Source of the DNA: Candidatus Poribacteria bacterium
Lineage (GTDB): Bacteria > Poribacteria > WGA-4E > WGA-3G
DNA: 64,000 nucleotides
Direction of reading: 5' to 3'
NCBI GenBank assembly: GCA_965205015.1
Contig: OZ242029.1
Span: forward strand, 3,552,001-3,616,000
The position numbers and the translations under genes are program-made. Shown here in pieces: positions 10,450 to 20,484 of this stretch; the stretch's first letter is position 1, and each line of letters opens with the position of its first letter. A model generated the notes under the pieces. That model worked only from the letters and a program-made list of their open reading frames with translations. It was not told where the DNA came from and did no database searches.

Positions 10450-12057
10450 ATGTCAAGGCAATTAAGGCGGGGTCTACACGCTCCTCTAAAGAACCACCGA
10501 ATTTTTTTCCTTCTTGTATTTATTTCCTTTCCCATTATGGCGGAAGAGGGCAATCAGCCCTTGAGTCGTGGTGATGAACTGCTCACGTTAGTGCAATCCG
10601 ATGCGCTTAAAGCCCAGGTGATGGCGTTGCAGGAGAACTTGGCATCAGGACGAAACTTGCGACCCCATCGTACACGTAACGCCCACCACCGCGAGGCGAC
10701 GGATGACATTGTGCATTACGTTATGCATCAGTTTCGCCGTTCTCCGCGTCTGGAAGTTAGCGAGCAGGTGTTTGGAGGCATTAGAAACGTAACGGCTGTC
10801 TTGCCAGCGATGCCGACTTCATCCAGCAACCGTATCTTCATCATCTGTGCGCATTACGACACACAAGCTGTGCGTGAACCGAATTGGAATCCATTAACGT
10901 CCACTGCCCCGGGAGCAAATGATAACGGGACGGGTGTCGCTGCGATGCTGGAAATTGCTTACCTTTTAAGCCGTTATGAATACGAACATGAAATACGATT
11001 TATCGCGTTAGGGGGTGAGGAACTCGGTTTCCTTGGGAGCCGACACTATGTTCGAGAGGCTTCTGTTACAGGCGGGGGTGGCGAGACGGATCGGGTTCGC
11101 AAAAAGATCGTTGGTGTTTTTAATCTCGACATGTTGGGTTTCAATTGGAAAACCGACCTCGTTGAAATTATTACCAACAATGATTCTGCTTGGATAGGTC
11201 GTGCCCTCATAATTGCAAACACATGGTATAGCGTTGGCTTGAAGATTCGTCGAACGCAAGATGAATTCGTTGATATTTCCTCTCACAAATCGTTCTGGGA
11301 TGGCGATTACGATGCAGTCACTTTAACTGAAAGTTCCACGCCGTGGCGGGATTCTCAAAACTACAATGCCAATCCTTTCTATCACACGTCTCAGGATACC
11401 GTGGATAAGGTTAATTTCGGTTTGGTGAGGAAAGTCACCCAACTTGTGCTTGTTACGGTGGATAGTCTGCTCACATCAATGTTCCATCCGACGCGACAGA
11501 TTCCACAGGTGACATTGGAAGTTCCATCGACTACGAAAGAAAATCAATTGGAAATTAAGGGAACGTTTCGTTCAGGTTTTCCAATTGATATTATTGTCTA
11601 TCCGAGCCAGACACTGGCGGTTTTAGATCGAGAGACGCAAACTTATACTGCAACAGTGCCGTTAAGCCCCGGAAAGAACACGCTTCGCGCGACAGTGCGA
11701 TATCCACTGGGTGCCGTCTCCGTCGAGAAGTCCGTTATTTTGACGCAGCCGTTTGCTTGGGAAGATGTAATTGTGTTTCCGAACCCGACGCGTTCAGACG
11801 GTTTGACTGAATTTCGAGTTGCCGCAAACGTAGATATAACAGACCTACGGGTCCTTATCTATGATTCGGGGGGTAATTTGATAAAGCGGATTGAAGGCGT
11901 CGCTGACAGACTGGATCAACGGATCTGGCGGACGTGGTGGAATCAGCAAACCTCCTATGGATTAGCGGTATCTCCGGGGGTTTATGTCTGCCATATTTCG
12001 GTCGTTTCAAAGGGTGAAACGTATATGTATCTGGAGAAGTTGGCAATTTTTCGGTAG
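10450..12057 (+). CDS. M28-family metallopeptidase with C-terminal FlgD-Ig/T9SS-sorting-like domain
   Basis: CAHYD, GANDNGTG, GEELGFLGS, NLDM, YHTSQDT; C-terminal VFPNP...IYDSGG...WNQ...PGVY. Confidence 0.88.
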   Translation: MSRQLRRGLHAPLKNHRIFFLLVFISFPIMAEEGNQPLSRGDELLTLVQSDALKAQVMALQENLASGRNLRPHRTRNAHHREATDDIVHYVMHQFRRSPRLEVSEQVFGGIRNVTAVLPAMPTSSSNRIFIICAHYDTQAVREPNWNPLTSTAPGANDNGTGVAAMLEIAYLLSRYEYEHEIRFIALGGEELGFLGSRHYVREASVTGGGGETDRVRKKIVGVFNLDMLGFNWKTDLVEIITNNDSAWIGRALIIANTWYSVGLKIRRTQDEFVDISSHKSFWDGDYDAVTLTESSTPWRDSQNYNANPFYHTSQDTVDKVNFGLVRKVTQLVLVTVDSLLTSMFHPTRQIPQVTLEVPSTTKENQLEIKGTFRSGFPIDIIVYPSQTLAVLDRETQTYTATVPLSPGKNTLRATVRYPLGAVSVEKSVILTQPFAWEDVIVFPNPTRSDGLTEFRVAANVDITDLRVLIYDSGGNLIKRIEGVADRLDQRIWRTWWNQQTSYGLAVSPGVYVCHISVVSKGETYMYLEKLAIFR

Positions 12058-12068
12058 TGAAGAAGGCT

Positions 12069-12098
12069 TTGACAAATTGCGGCAGACTATGTTAAAAT
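12069..12098 (+). promoter_or_regulatory. Sigma70-type promoter upstream of the HtrA gene
   Basis: TTGACA (12069-74), 18 bp spacer ending TGT, TAAAAT (12093-98). Confidence 0.6.
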
Positions 12099-12187
12099 AG
12101 ACTATACAAAAATGGGGATAAAGGAAGATCAGACACTGGTTGAACAGATCACAGCGGGACAGAATTTGTTGCGTGTAAGGAGACAAG

Positions 12188-13534
12188 TTGATGAGGAAAA
12201 GTATAGGTTTCTGTATTCTCTTGGTATCTACTGTAGTCTTGGTCTCTTCTTGTGCTCAACCGATTAACCAACAGAGCGACCTTGACCTGTTGATTGCTAT
12301 TGAAAATGCGCTTGTGAATGTCGTAACTCAGAGTAAGCCCGCAATTGTTGGCATTTTCGTTGAGGGTATGGAAGGGGCTCAATCTCAAGATCGGGTGGGT
12401 TCGGGTTTTATTTTTCGCAAAGAGGGGTACATTCTTACGAACCATCATGTTGTTCATGATGCGAGATATATCACGGTAACGTTGTTAGATGGTAGTAGAT
12501 TTGCGGCGGAGCTCGTTGGAACGGATCTAAACACGGATGTCGCAGTTCTAAAGATTGAGCGAGACGAAGCGTTTCCTGTTATTCCTTTGGCTGATTCCTC
12601 AAGGGTCCAGGTCGGGCAATTTGCGATTGCTATTGGCAATCCATTTGGGCTTGATTACACTGTGACAACGGGGGTTGTGAGTGGTAAGAGCCGATCAATT
12701 CTCCGCGGATTTAGTTTTATTCGATACCAAGACTTCATTCAAACAGATGCTTGGATTAATACGGGGAGTAGTGGAGGACCGTTGCTGAATATTCGAGGTG
12801 AAGTTATCGGTATCAACGCACTCATTCGGCGTATTAATGATGAAAATACACCTGCTCCCGCGATGGCAGGTGCAGGGTTCGCTATTCCAATTAACCTTGT
12901 TAAGAGCGTTGGGAATCAGCTCATTGCGAATGGGCGGGTCATTCGGGGTTATCTCGGTATAGAGATGCGGGAAGCGAGAGGGGGCATTCGCGTTAGACGT
13001 ATCTTTAGGGATACACCGGCATACCTCGGGGGTCTGCGACGCAACGATATTATTTTCCAATACAACGGTAATACGGTGAAAAAAGTTGTTGAACTCCAAA
13101 TGCTCGTAGCCGAATCACAAGTGGGGGAGCGCTCTGTTATCAAAGTTTTGAGGCAAGGGCATGAAAGAACACTCAATGTCACTATTGGAGAAATGCCATC
13201 CGAATTGGCGGGACAGACTGTTGAAATTAAGTCTGTCGCTTGGGAAGTACTCGGTTTATCGGTGCGGAAATTACAAGCGGGAGACTTTGAGAGGTATACG
13301 TACCTGACCAATGAAGATAGCGGTGTTATTGTTGAAAGGGTTAAGGTAGATGGACCCGGATACGACGGAAAGATACCGAATGGGGCGCTTATTGTCGCGA
13401 TCAATGACCAGAAAATCACAGACGTACGGGCTTTTGAAGCACTTCTTCAGGCAAATCAAGATGCCGAGAAATTAATTCTTGACATTAAAAGTAGTCATGG
13501 GGCAGAGAGGATAACTGTTAAACTCGGAGATTAG
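12188..13534 (+). CDS. HtrA/DegP-family serine protease with two PDZ domains, probable lipoprotein
   Basis: LVSSC lipobox-like; triad in TNHHVV, DVAVLKI, INTGSSGGPL; RGYLGI PDZ start. Confidence 0.93.
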   Translation: MMRKSIGFCILLVSTVVLVSSCAQPINQQSDLDLLIAIENALVNVVTQSKPAIVGIFVEGMEGAQSQDRVGSGFIFRKEGYILTNHHVVHDARYITVTLLDGSRFAAELVGTDLNTDVAVLKIERDEAFPVIPLADSSRVQVGQFAIAIGNPFGLDYTVTTGVVSGKSRSILRGFSFIRYQDFIQTDAWINTGSSGGPLLNIRGEVIGINALIRRINDENTPAPAMAGAGFAIPINLVKSVGNQLIANGRVIRGYLGIEMREARGGIRVRRIFRDTPAYLGGLRRNDIIFQYNGNTVKKVVELQMLVAESQVGERSVIKVLRQGHERTLNVTIGEMPSELAGQTVEIKSVAWEVLGLSVRKLQAGDFERYTYLTNEDSGVIVERVKVDGPGYDGKIPNGALIVAINDQKITDVRAFEALLQANQDAEKLILDIKSSHGAERITVKLGD

Positions 13535-13541
13535 CGAAAAC

Positions 13542-15551
13542 ATGGAGATAGTGAATCAGACTATGGCAGAAACATCACAAAACATCACCCTCAGAGACAT
13601 ATTTAGTCCCGGCGGTCTCATTTCCCAACAACTTGAGGAATACGAATTTCGCCAAGAACAATTACAGATGGCACACGAGGTCGCTCGTGCCTTTACAGCA
13701 TCTGAACATCTGATTGTTGAGGCTGGGACCGGTGTCGGTAAAAGTTTTGCGTATCTAATTCCGGCAATTTCCCTCGCTCTGAAATCGGAGCAGAAGGTCG
13801 TTATTTCGACGAATACTATCAGTCTACAGGAGCAACTCGTAACGAAAGATATTCCTTTTCTGCAGCGTGTACTCCCGCGCGATTTCAATGTCGTTCTGGC
13901 AAAGGGACGGCGTAATTATCTCTCGCGGAGAAGACTCAAAAATTTGATGAATTATGAGCGAGGATTGTTTGATACACGTGAAGAAGTAGAGGAAATTGCA
14001 GAGATTGAAGCGTGGGTGGATCGAACGGTAGATGGCAGCAGGGCTGACCTACCTTGGCAACCGCAACCCCAGGTGTGGGATAAAGTTGCTTCTGATAGAG
14101 ATAATTGTCTTGGACGTAATTGCGAGACTTACGATATTTGTTTCTATTTCAAAGCCCGAAGAGAAATGTACAACGCCGACGTGCTTATTGTGAATCATCA
14201 TTTACTCTTTAGCGATCTCGCAATACGTAAAGATAGTGAAGCGGCTATGGGTGTGCTACCTGATTACGATTATCTCATAATTGATGAAGCACATCACTTA
14301 GAAGCGACAGCCACGAACCATGCCAGCATCGACTTCAGTAATACTCGCGTCAAATGGCTTCTCGATTCTCTGTACAATGAACGAAGCAAAGAAGGCTTAG
14401 CCAAACAATTCAATTCACCACACTTGCAAACTCAAGTCGAAACGGCACGTGAACAGGCAAATACTCTCTTCAAAACAATTATTGAGGCTGTGCAAGGAGA
14501 TATTGACAGCGAAGAGAGTCATAACGCCCTGACTCCGCGTATCCATAAAAGCAATTTCGTCAGGAATATACTGGACGAACCCCTCGCCGATATTGTGAAA
14601 ACCTTGAAACGCCTTCGCGACGATGCTATGACGGACGATGATGAACAGGAAATTACAGCGCATGAACACTATTGTCAACGCCTTCGTGCCGAATTGGATA
14701 TGATAATTCAGCAGAGCGATCCGAATTATGTCTATTGGGCTGAGATATCGACACGCGGACGAACCCCTCGTATCCTTCTCAACGCCACACCAGCGAATGT
14801 GAATCAGATGTTGCAGGATCATCTGTTCACCGTAAAAAATAGCGTCGTGATGACGAGTGCTACACTTTCTACAAATCGCAACTTCGCTTACTTTAAAAAA
14901 CGGGTCGGGATAAGTGAGTGTCGTGAGCTTCTTGCCAATTCGCCATTCGACTTTAAGCGGCAGGTCCAGATCCATATCCCGCGTAATATGCCGCATCCGA
15001 ACAGTCATCAATTTGTCCCAGCGGCGATTGAAAGGATTAGACACTACCTCAAACTCACCCATGGCAAGGCGTTTGTTCTTTTTACAAGTTACAAAATGAT
15101 GGACGAAGTTTACGATGCTGTCGCACCGGATTTGGAGGAAATGGGGATTGAGACTTTCAAACAGGGAGGCGAGCTTTCGCGAACAGCGATGCTTCAGGCG
15201 TTTCGTGAGGATACAGACTCAGTCCTCTTTGGAACCTCCAGTTTCTGGGAGGGGGTTGACGTTCGCGGCGCGTCCCTCAGTAATGTTATCATTACCAGGC
15301 TCCCCTTTGAAGTGCCAACGCATCCGGTGATGGAAGCACGTGTGAAACAGATTAAGGAAGCGGGCGGGAACGAGTTCTTTGAATTCAGTCTACCGGAGGC
15401 GATATTGCGCTTAAAGCAGGGATTCGGACGGCTCATCCGGACGCAGACCGATACAGGGATTGTTGTGATTCTTGACCCGCGGATTAGAACGGCGAATTAC
15501 GGAAAACAATTTTTACAATCACTGCCGGACTGTGAGATAGTGGAAGAATAA
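13542..15551 (+). CDS. dinG: DinG/YoaA-family Fe-S DNA helicase
   Basis: EAGTGVGKS, KGRRNYL, CLGRNC..C, DEAH, SATL, FWEGVD, QGFGRLIR. Confidence 0.92.
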   Translation: MEIVNQTMAETSQNITLRDIFSPGGLISQQLEEYEFRQEQLQMAHEVARAFTASEHLIVEAGTGVGKSFAYLIPAISLALKSEQKVVISTNTISLQEQLVTKDIPFLQRVLPRDFNVVLAKGRRNYLSRRRLKNLMNYERGLFDTREEVEEIAEIEAWVDRTVDGSRADLPWQPQPQVWDKVASDRDNCLGRNCETYDICFYFKARREMYNADVLIVNHHLLFSDLAIRKDSEAAMGVLPDYDYLIIDEAHHLEATATNHASIDFSNTRVKWLLDSLYNERSKEGLAKQFNSPHLQTQVETAREQANTLFKTIIEAVQGDIDSEESHNALTPRIHKSNFVRNILDEPLADIVKTLKRLRDDAMTDDDEQEITAHEHYCQRLRAELDMIIQQSDPNYVYWAEISTRGRTPRILLNATPANVNQMLQDHLFTVKNSVVMTSATLSTNRNFAYFKKRVGISECRELLANSPFDFKRQVQIHIPRNMPHPNSHQFVPAAIERIRHYLKLTHGKAFVLFTSYKMMDEVYDAVAPDLEEMGIETFKQGGELSRTAMLQAFREDTDSVLFGTSSFWEGVDVRGASLSNVIITRLPFEVPTHPVMEARVKQIKEAGGNEFFEFSLPEAILRLKQGFGRLIRTQTDTGIVVILDPRIRTANYGKQFLQSLPDCEIVEE

Positions 15552-15589
15552 AAAAAGATGCCCGTGGAATACGTTTCCACGGGCATCTT
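15551..15589 (-). terminator. Intrinsic terminator between convergent genes
   Basis: 15-bp perfect stem AAGATGCCCGTGGAA / TTCCACGGGCATCTT; the A-run on its left gives a U-tract on the minus strand. Confidence 0.85.
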
Positions 15590-15642
15590 AATGCTTGTCA
15601 ATAGCCCGAAATGCTATTTTCTCTGCGCGGGCACTCCAATAA

Positions 15643-16695
15643 TTAATAGCGTTTCGGTGATGGCTGCGCGACACGAATCCCGCGATCGTGCGTGAAGGGG
15701 AAATCAAATTCTAGCGTTCGATAGCGTTGTGCGGCTCCTGGCGGTGGGGCTTTTTCGATGGGTAGCACAACCTTTAATTCGACCGCATTCAGTTTCGTCT
15801 GTACAAATGGCAGGAAGCCTTCTGCACTCTTACCGGGCGGAATACCTGTCCGGCGTGTACCCACTTGCTTTTCAACGATAGGCATCCGTTTCTCGATTAA
15901 AATCCGTCGTGCAGTTGCAAGCCCATTTTTGACATAGAGTCCTGTTGCGCGCGCCATGTATAAGAAACGCTCCTCTAAATCATCGTAATCCATACCGTTA
16001 TAGATGTTCTCGTCTTGGTCGATGATTTGGCATTTTTTGACATCAAAGATAATGTTTTCACTCCGATTGTTCGTAATCTTCACGTAAAACACATCTGTTT
16101 TGTCACCTTGGTGGAGTGCTTCCGTCTCATAAAAAGGTGAAAAAGCATTTCCGCGATTGTACTTTCTGTCAAGGTCCGGTCGCCGCCAATACGCGATAGA
16201 AACGGTAATCCCATCCTCAGTTTTCGTTAGAATTGGCTGTCTTGATTGAACGTCAAACAGCTCGGGATGGTCAGACATCATGATGACATCAACGACTTTC
16301 CGATCTTCACCGGAGCCCCTTTCAATTTCTGTTTGAGTGTCTGTCCACGCATTGAGGAAGTCCCCCCACTGATCCTCGGCATGGGCATATTCGTCGAATG
16401 CGAAGATGTAAGTTATGGCTTCCATGTTGGCATCACGCGCTTTCCCAATTCGGAATCCGACAGTACTCATACCGTGTTGGTCAAGTACCGGCTTCGCGAG
16501 TACCTCAGAAGGAACAGCCGGAACAACTACCTCTTCAGTCGGATTTTCACTCTGTAACTCCAACGCTGTCGCTATGTTATGCACGGGTTGGATTGGTGAT
16601 AAATTACTGAGTGACGTACCACAACCCGCAATGCTAAAGGCGAGTGCAAATAGCAGCCCAAGATTGAGTGCTGTGAATTTATTCAACCATTTCAT
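15643..16695 (-). CDS. Hypothetical lipoprotein (350 aa)
   Basis: Signal peptide with IAGC lipobox; strong SD AAGGAGG; no family recognised. Confidence 0.8.
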   Translation of the reverse strand: MKWLNKFTALNLGLLFALAFSIAGCGTSLSNLSPIQPVHNIATALELQSENPTEEVVVPAVPSEVLAKPVLDQHGMSTVGFRIGKARDANMEAITYIFAFDEYAHAEDQWGDFLNAWTDTQTEIERGSGEDRKVVDVIMMSDHPELFDVQSRQPILTKTEDGITVSIAYWRRPDLDRKYNRGNAFSPFYETEALHQGDKTDVFYVKITNNRSENIIFDVKKCQIIDQDENIYNGMDYDDLEERFLYMARATGLYVKNGLATARRILIEKRMPIVEKQVGTRRTGIPPGKSAEGFLPFVQTKLNAVELKVVLPIEKAPPPGAAQRYRTLEFDFPFTHDRGIRVAQPSPKRY

Positions 16696-16941
16696 TTATA
16701 ATGTTGCCTCCTTGGTTACCATTCTCCGAATGGCAAAACTGTTGACTATTGAGAGTCACTCTTACAAATCCAAAACGCCATAGATTTATTCACGAAAGCG
16801 AATCTATATCCACCGATCGAGATTGGCGGTTTTAGATTCGGAAAATTCGGTAAAAATGGTGCGTCAAAACTGATTTTATGTTTTTAACATAGCATAACTG
16901 CAAATTTTAGTCAAGAAATAAGTAAGAAGAATTTATTGCAA

Positions 16942-19062
16942 TCATTTTACAATACTCAACTTCCCAATTTCTTGGACAAGTATATCTGCCTGCAGTGCGG
17001 AAATACGGTAAATATAGATGCCTGGCGCAAGAGGGGCACCGTTGCGTGTTAGAGGGTGCCATTCAAATTTACCTTGCGTCCCTACAGTTTGTCGCGTTTC
17101 ACTATAGACGAGATCCCCTGTTGGTATAAAAATCTCAAGGTTAATATTGTCAGCAATCTGCGAAGCAGACAGTCGATAGGCGAATGTCACGGCTGTATCG
17201 CCGGTAAGGAATGGATTGGGATATACTTTTACCTCATCAAGTGTGAAATCTCCTGCCTGAAGTTGCTCTACACGCAACCGGTAAGAATCAACACTGCTAA
17301 ATCCACCCTCTGATTCCACGACAATATAGAATGTATCTGTCTTGTCGGGTTGATAGATGAGTTTCAATCCCCCGATATCGGTCGCATTTTCCGCAGTCGC
17401 GATCATTTCACCCGTTGCTGCGTGGAGGGTCAAGCGGTAGTTTTTGCCCAGTGGGATGTCAGCCAGCGTCACCAAAATCGTGAAGCCACGAGTTGCTTCT
17501 AATTTGTAAACATCACGCGTATCGCCTGAATCGAAAAGAAACGATTCATAGGTCTGTCCATATATAATATGGAACGCAGTCGCAAATGTGTCGTTCGGTT
17601 CGTAAGTATCTCCGAACGACACAAGAATAGGGATCGTTCGACCTTCGCGTCCGATATTCGTGATAGAAATACCGGTTACAGTGCCGTCGTTGGCGTTACT
17701 ATTTGGCACGGTTCCGGGTGTAAAAGCCGTCTGTTCATCATCCGCAGAGTAAGCGGCACCGTCGGTTACTGTTTGTATATCTATAAGTTCAACATCGTCT
17801 TGCTGATAGATGCCGAGATGTTCGGGATCCGCTGGGTCTTCAAGCCAAATCTGTTGAGAGGCATCAAAGGTCCCAAGCGGGTAAGGGTTCGTCTCGTCGA
17901 TATGCCAAATCAGGATACCCGATTCAGGTAGGAAGGTATCAAAAATTGCCCCTGACGTTTTGTCTCGATTCTCTATGAGGAAGAACTCTGTGGCTTCTCC
18001 GCCAATGGGTGTTGCTGACGAATGAATATCAATTTTGAAGAGTTTATTATTTTTGGGACCGAGTTCAAAACTCGGAACATCAATTTGTTGGTTTTGCGTT
18101 ATCTGAACGGGTTGAATCCAGCCGAGGCGTCCATTTTGCGGCCGCGCATCAAAATCCCATTTGAGGTATCCCATAATATGGCTCGGCCGTAAACCGTTCC
18201 CGACCCCTAATTCCTCCGGACCTTGATAGGGACCGAATTGGCTCATCAATCCCCATTTATGGTCTCGGGCGTCTGTGAAGTCAAAGTTATAAACGTCGGG
18301 CGCACCGAAATCGTGGAAGAACTCGTGGAAATAGATGCCCAAGTGCGGGTGTTCAAAATCGGGTTCCTCGGCTACGATAGCAGTGGTATCGACACGGACC
18401 CCATCATGGACAGCATTAACACCGGATATGAGAAGAGACTGGATATCGTAATCAATAATACCTGTCGAGGCTTGGTCATTTCCTGAATGGATAAGCATAA
18501 CGTGGTCGACGATGCCGTCATTGTCCCTGTCATATTTTGAAAAGTCAACGCTTGCGTCCACAGCCTCGCACGCTTCCCGGACCAATTCTCGGTAGCGCGC
18601 AAGGATTCTGATGCCTTCGCCGTAATAGGTCATCGGTTTTTTGGCACGGATCCATGTGTTGCCTTTCGGAATGACACCCCCCATCGGACCGGGCTGGATA
18701 TCCATCTGTCCATAAGAATTTTCACGATAATACGTTTTGAGGGAAACACCTTCCGATGCAAAAAGATATTTATCGAACGCTGCCCCTTCCCTACGTCCGG
18801 GCATATCAGCAAAATCTATTTTCAAAGCGAGGACGTATTCTATGCCATCCGACTGCAAGACCCCTTGTTCTCTGGCGAAGCAGCATTCTTCGAGAGCCTC
18901 AAAAAATTCTATTCTGCTTTGAGGGGTTTTCGGCACGAGTTCGCCGCTTGCTGAATCTTCAGTAAAATAGAGATATGGATTTGGCGGGGCAGCGATGCTT
19001 AGCGGAAGAAAGAGGGCTAAGATCATGACACCAATCGTTAAACGCTGCAAGATTCTTCGCAT
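16942..19062 (-). CDS. M6 (immune inhibitor A-like) metalloprotease with PPC-like and FlgD-Ig/T9SS-like C-terminal domains
   Basis: YYRENSYG, DFSKYDRDNDG, HEFFHDFGAPD, EFFLIENR, GILIWHIDE, DTYEPND, VYPNP...PGIYIY. Start probably ATG 19062; the track start at 19161 overlaps the upstream gene. Confidence 0.88.
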   Translation of the reverse strand: MRRILQRLTIGVMILALFLPLSIAAPPNPYLYFTEDSASGELVPKTPQSRIEFFEALEECCFAREQGVLQSDGIEYVLALKIDFADMPGRREGAAFDKYLFASEGVSLKTYYRENSYGQMDIQPGPMGGVIPKGNTWIRAKKPMTYYGEGIRILARYRELVREACEAVDASVDFSKYDRDNDGIVDHVMLIHSGNDQASTGIIDYDIQSLLISGVNAVHDGVRVDTTAIVAEEPDFEHPHLGIYFHEFFHDFGAPDVYNFDFTDARDHKWGLMSQFGPYQGPEELGVGNGLRPSHIMGYLKWDFDARPQNGRLGWIQPVQITQNQQIDVPSFELGPKNNKLFKIDIHSSATPIGGEATEFFLIENRDKTSGAIFDTFLPESGILIWHIDETNPYPLGTFDASQQIWLEDPADPEHLGIYQQDDVELIDIQTVTDGAAYSADDEQTAFTPGTVPNSNANDGTVTGISITNIGREGRTIPILVSFGDTYEPNDTFATAFHIIYGQTYESFLFDSGDTRDVYKLEATRGFTILVTLADIPLGKNYRLTLHAATGEMIATAENATDIGGLKLIYQPDKTDTFYIVVESEGGFSSVDSYRLRVEQLQAGDFTLDEVKVYPNPFLTGDTAVTFAYRLSASQIADNINLEIFIPTGDLVYSETRQTVGTQGKFEWHPLTRNGAPLAPGIYIYRISALQADILVQEIGKLSIVK

Positions 19063-19096
19063 GGACCAAGAGAGAGAATGTAGGACTAAAACAGGC

Positions 19097-20392
19097 TTAA
19101 TCAAACTCCCCTCCACACTTCCTGCACAAAATATAGAACTGGATATCATCGGATTGGGCATGTTGTATCATGAGATCAACCGCCTGTTGCGGCAGATCTG
19201 CCGCACATTTCGGGCATTTATAGAGTGAACCTTGTGTTTCTGGGAATTGAGTGATGTCGCCCCATATATCCTGAAGCCAGTATTTAAATTCCCAAGGGAG
19301 TTCAGTGTTGACAGCGGTTGCGATCTGGACAGCGTGGCGGATGAGTTTTTGGCATTCGCCGATAGAAGCAGGTTCGTAGGGGTGCGGCGCATGTTTAACG
19401 GGAAGCGAGTTCCCCCCTGTTTCAGTTTGCGTGTTGAAATCGCGGGTACGGGTAAGCAAAATTTGGTCTAAGCGTGAACCGGCTTCCCTCCCTTTAGACC
19501 AGAGGCGGTAGTAACCTGCCCGTTTAATGTGAAAAAATGCTGGGTTGATACCTTGTTTGGTATTTACGACACTGTCCGGTCCCGTATTCCATAACCAGCG
19601 GTGCCATTTAGAAGTATCATCCGGATCGGGACAAATTCGAATAGCTCCTGGACCTCCATCCCTATCCCAGGGTTTGGCAAGTGCATCATCCATACCGATC
19701 CAATATGAGTCCTTACTCCATTCAAAGAACGCGCGACCCCAGAGGTACCATTTTCCTGTCTTAGGGATATAAATTTCGTGTATTGCCCGGGCGCCCTTCA
19801 AACTGTCAATAGCTCTTCCACCGGAGGCTTCTTCATGCTCGACCATTCTCACACCCTTATCGAGATGGATTGCGGCCTCTGCTTCAATAACGAGTGTATC
19901 CTTTGGTAGACGAATCGGCTCTTTAGGTTCGTCATTGTCCGGTTCTGTAGGTTCCATGAGATTGTAATTCTTGGCAATCCTTTGTGATACCTTCTCAAAC
20001 TGTTTCTCAGAAAGTTTGGCATCAAAAAAGCAATCTCGAATCCCTTTCTTCCAGAGGTCGAGGAGGAGGAACATCGCTTTCAGGTTGCCATCTGGATGTT
20101 TCCGGGTACCCACCACGATTAACATACCGGTATCCTTAGAACGACTGATTAAGCACCGATGCAATGGAAAATCAGGGGTTTTATGGGCTCTGCTGGAGAC
20201 AATCAGGGGTGCGTAATATCGGCATTTTTCATCGCAACCCGGAATCTTGGCACGTTTGGCTCTACAACATTCCGGGCAAATTAACATACCGTTAAGTGCC
20301 GGACAGATCCGTTTGCCACTATCTGAGCGACACGTTCGACATCGTTGGCGTTTAGGCTTTCTATTTGAGGTTTGGTATCGCTGACGTCGCAT
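19097..20392 (-). CDS. Cys-rich (Zn-finger) hypothetical protein with an internal jelly-roll/CBM-like domain
   Basis: CRTC..RICPAL..ICPECC..CDEKC at the N-terminus, CPKC/CRKC at the C-terminus; internal IEAE...WYLWGR...DSYWI...GREAGSRLDQILLT. Confidence 0.7.
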   Translation of the reverse strand: MRRQRYQTSNRKPKRQRCRTCRSDSGKRICPALNGMLICPECCRAKRAKIPGCDEKCRYYAPLIVSSRAHKTPDFPLHRCLISRSKDTGMLIVVGTRKHPDGNLKAMFLLLDLWKKGIRDCFFDAKLSEKQFEKVSQRIAKNYNLMEPTEPDNDEPKEPIRLPKDTLVIEAEAAIHLDKGVRMVEHEEASGGRAIDSLKGARAIHEIYIPKTGKWYLWGRAFFEWSKDSYWIGMDDALAKPWDRDGGPGAIRICPDPDDTSKWHRWLWNTGPDSVVNTKQGINPAFFHIKRAGYYRLWSKGREAGSRLDQILLTRTRDFNTQTETGGNSLPVKHAPHPYEPASIGECQKLIRHAVQIATAVNTELPWEFKYWLQDIWGDITQFPETQGSLYKCPKCAADLPQQAVDLMIQHAQSDDIQFYILCRKCGGEFD

Positions 20393-20484
20393 GTTTCTTC
20401 CAAAAATGGTAATATGGTGGGCAATCTCACCAAAGAAAATATACCTTGATCGAGTTGTAAGGGATTTATCTCTAACGAAGGAGA

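Noticed and set aside
12188-13534. HtrA as an inactive protease (GSSGG instead of GNSGG)
   Set aside because: The catalytic His, Asp and Ser are all present; the change is next to, not at, the nucleophile.
14415-15062. 215-aa antisense ORF and the many other short overlapping ORFs in the track
   Set aside because: They are shadows of well-supported genes on the opposite strand or frame and have no recognisable motifs.
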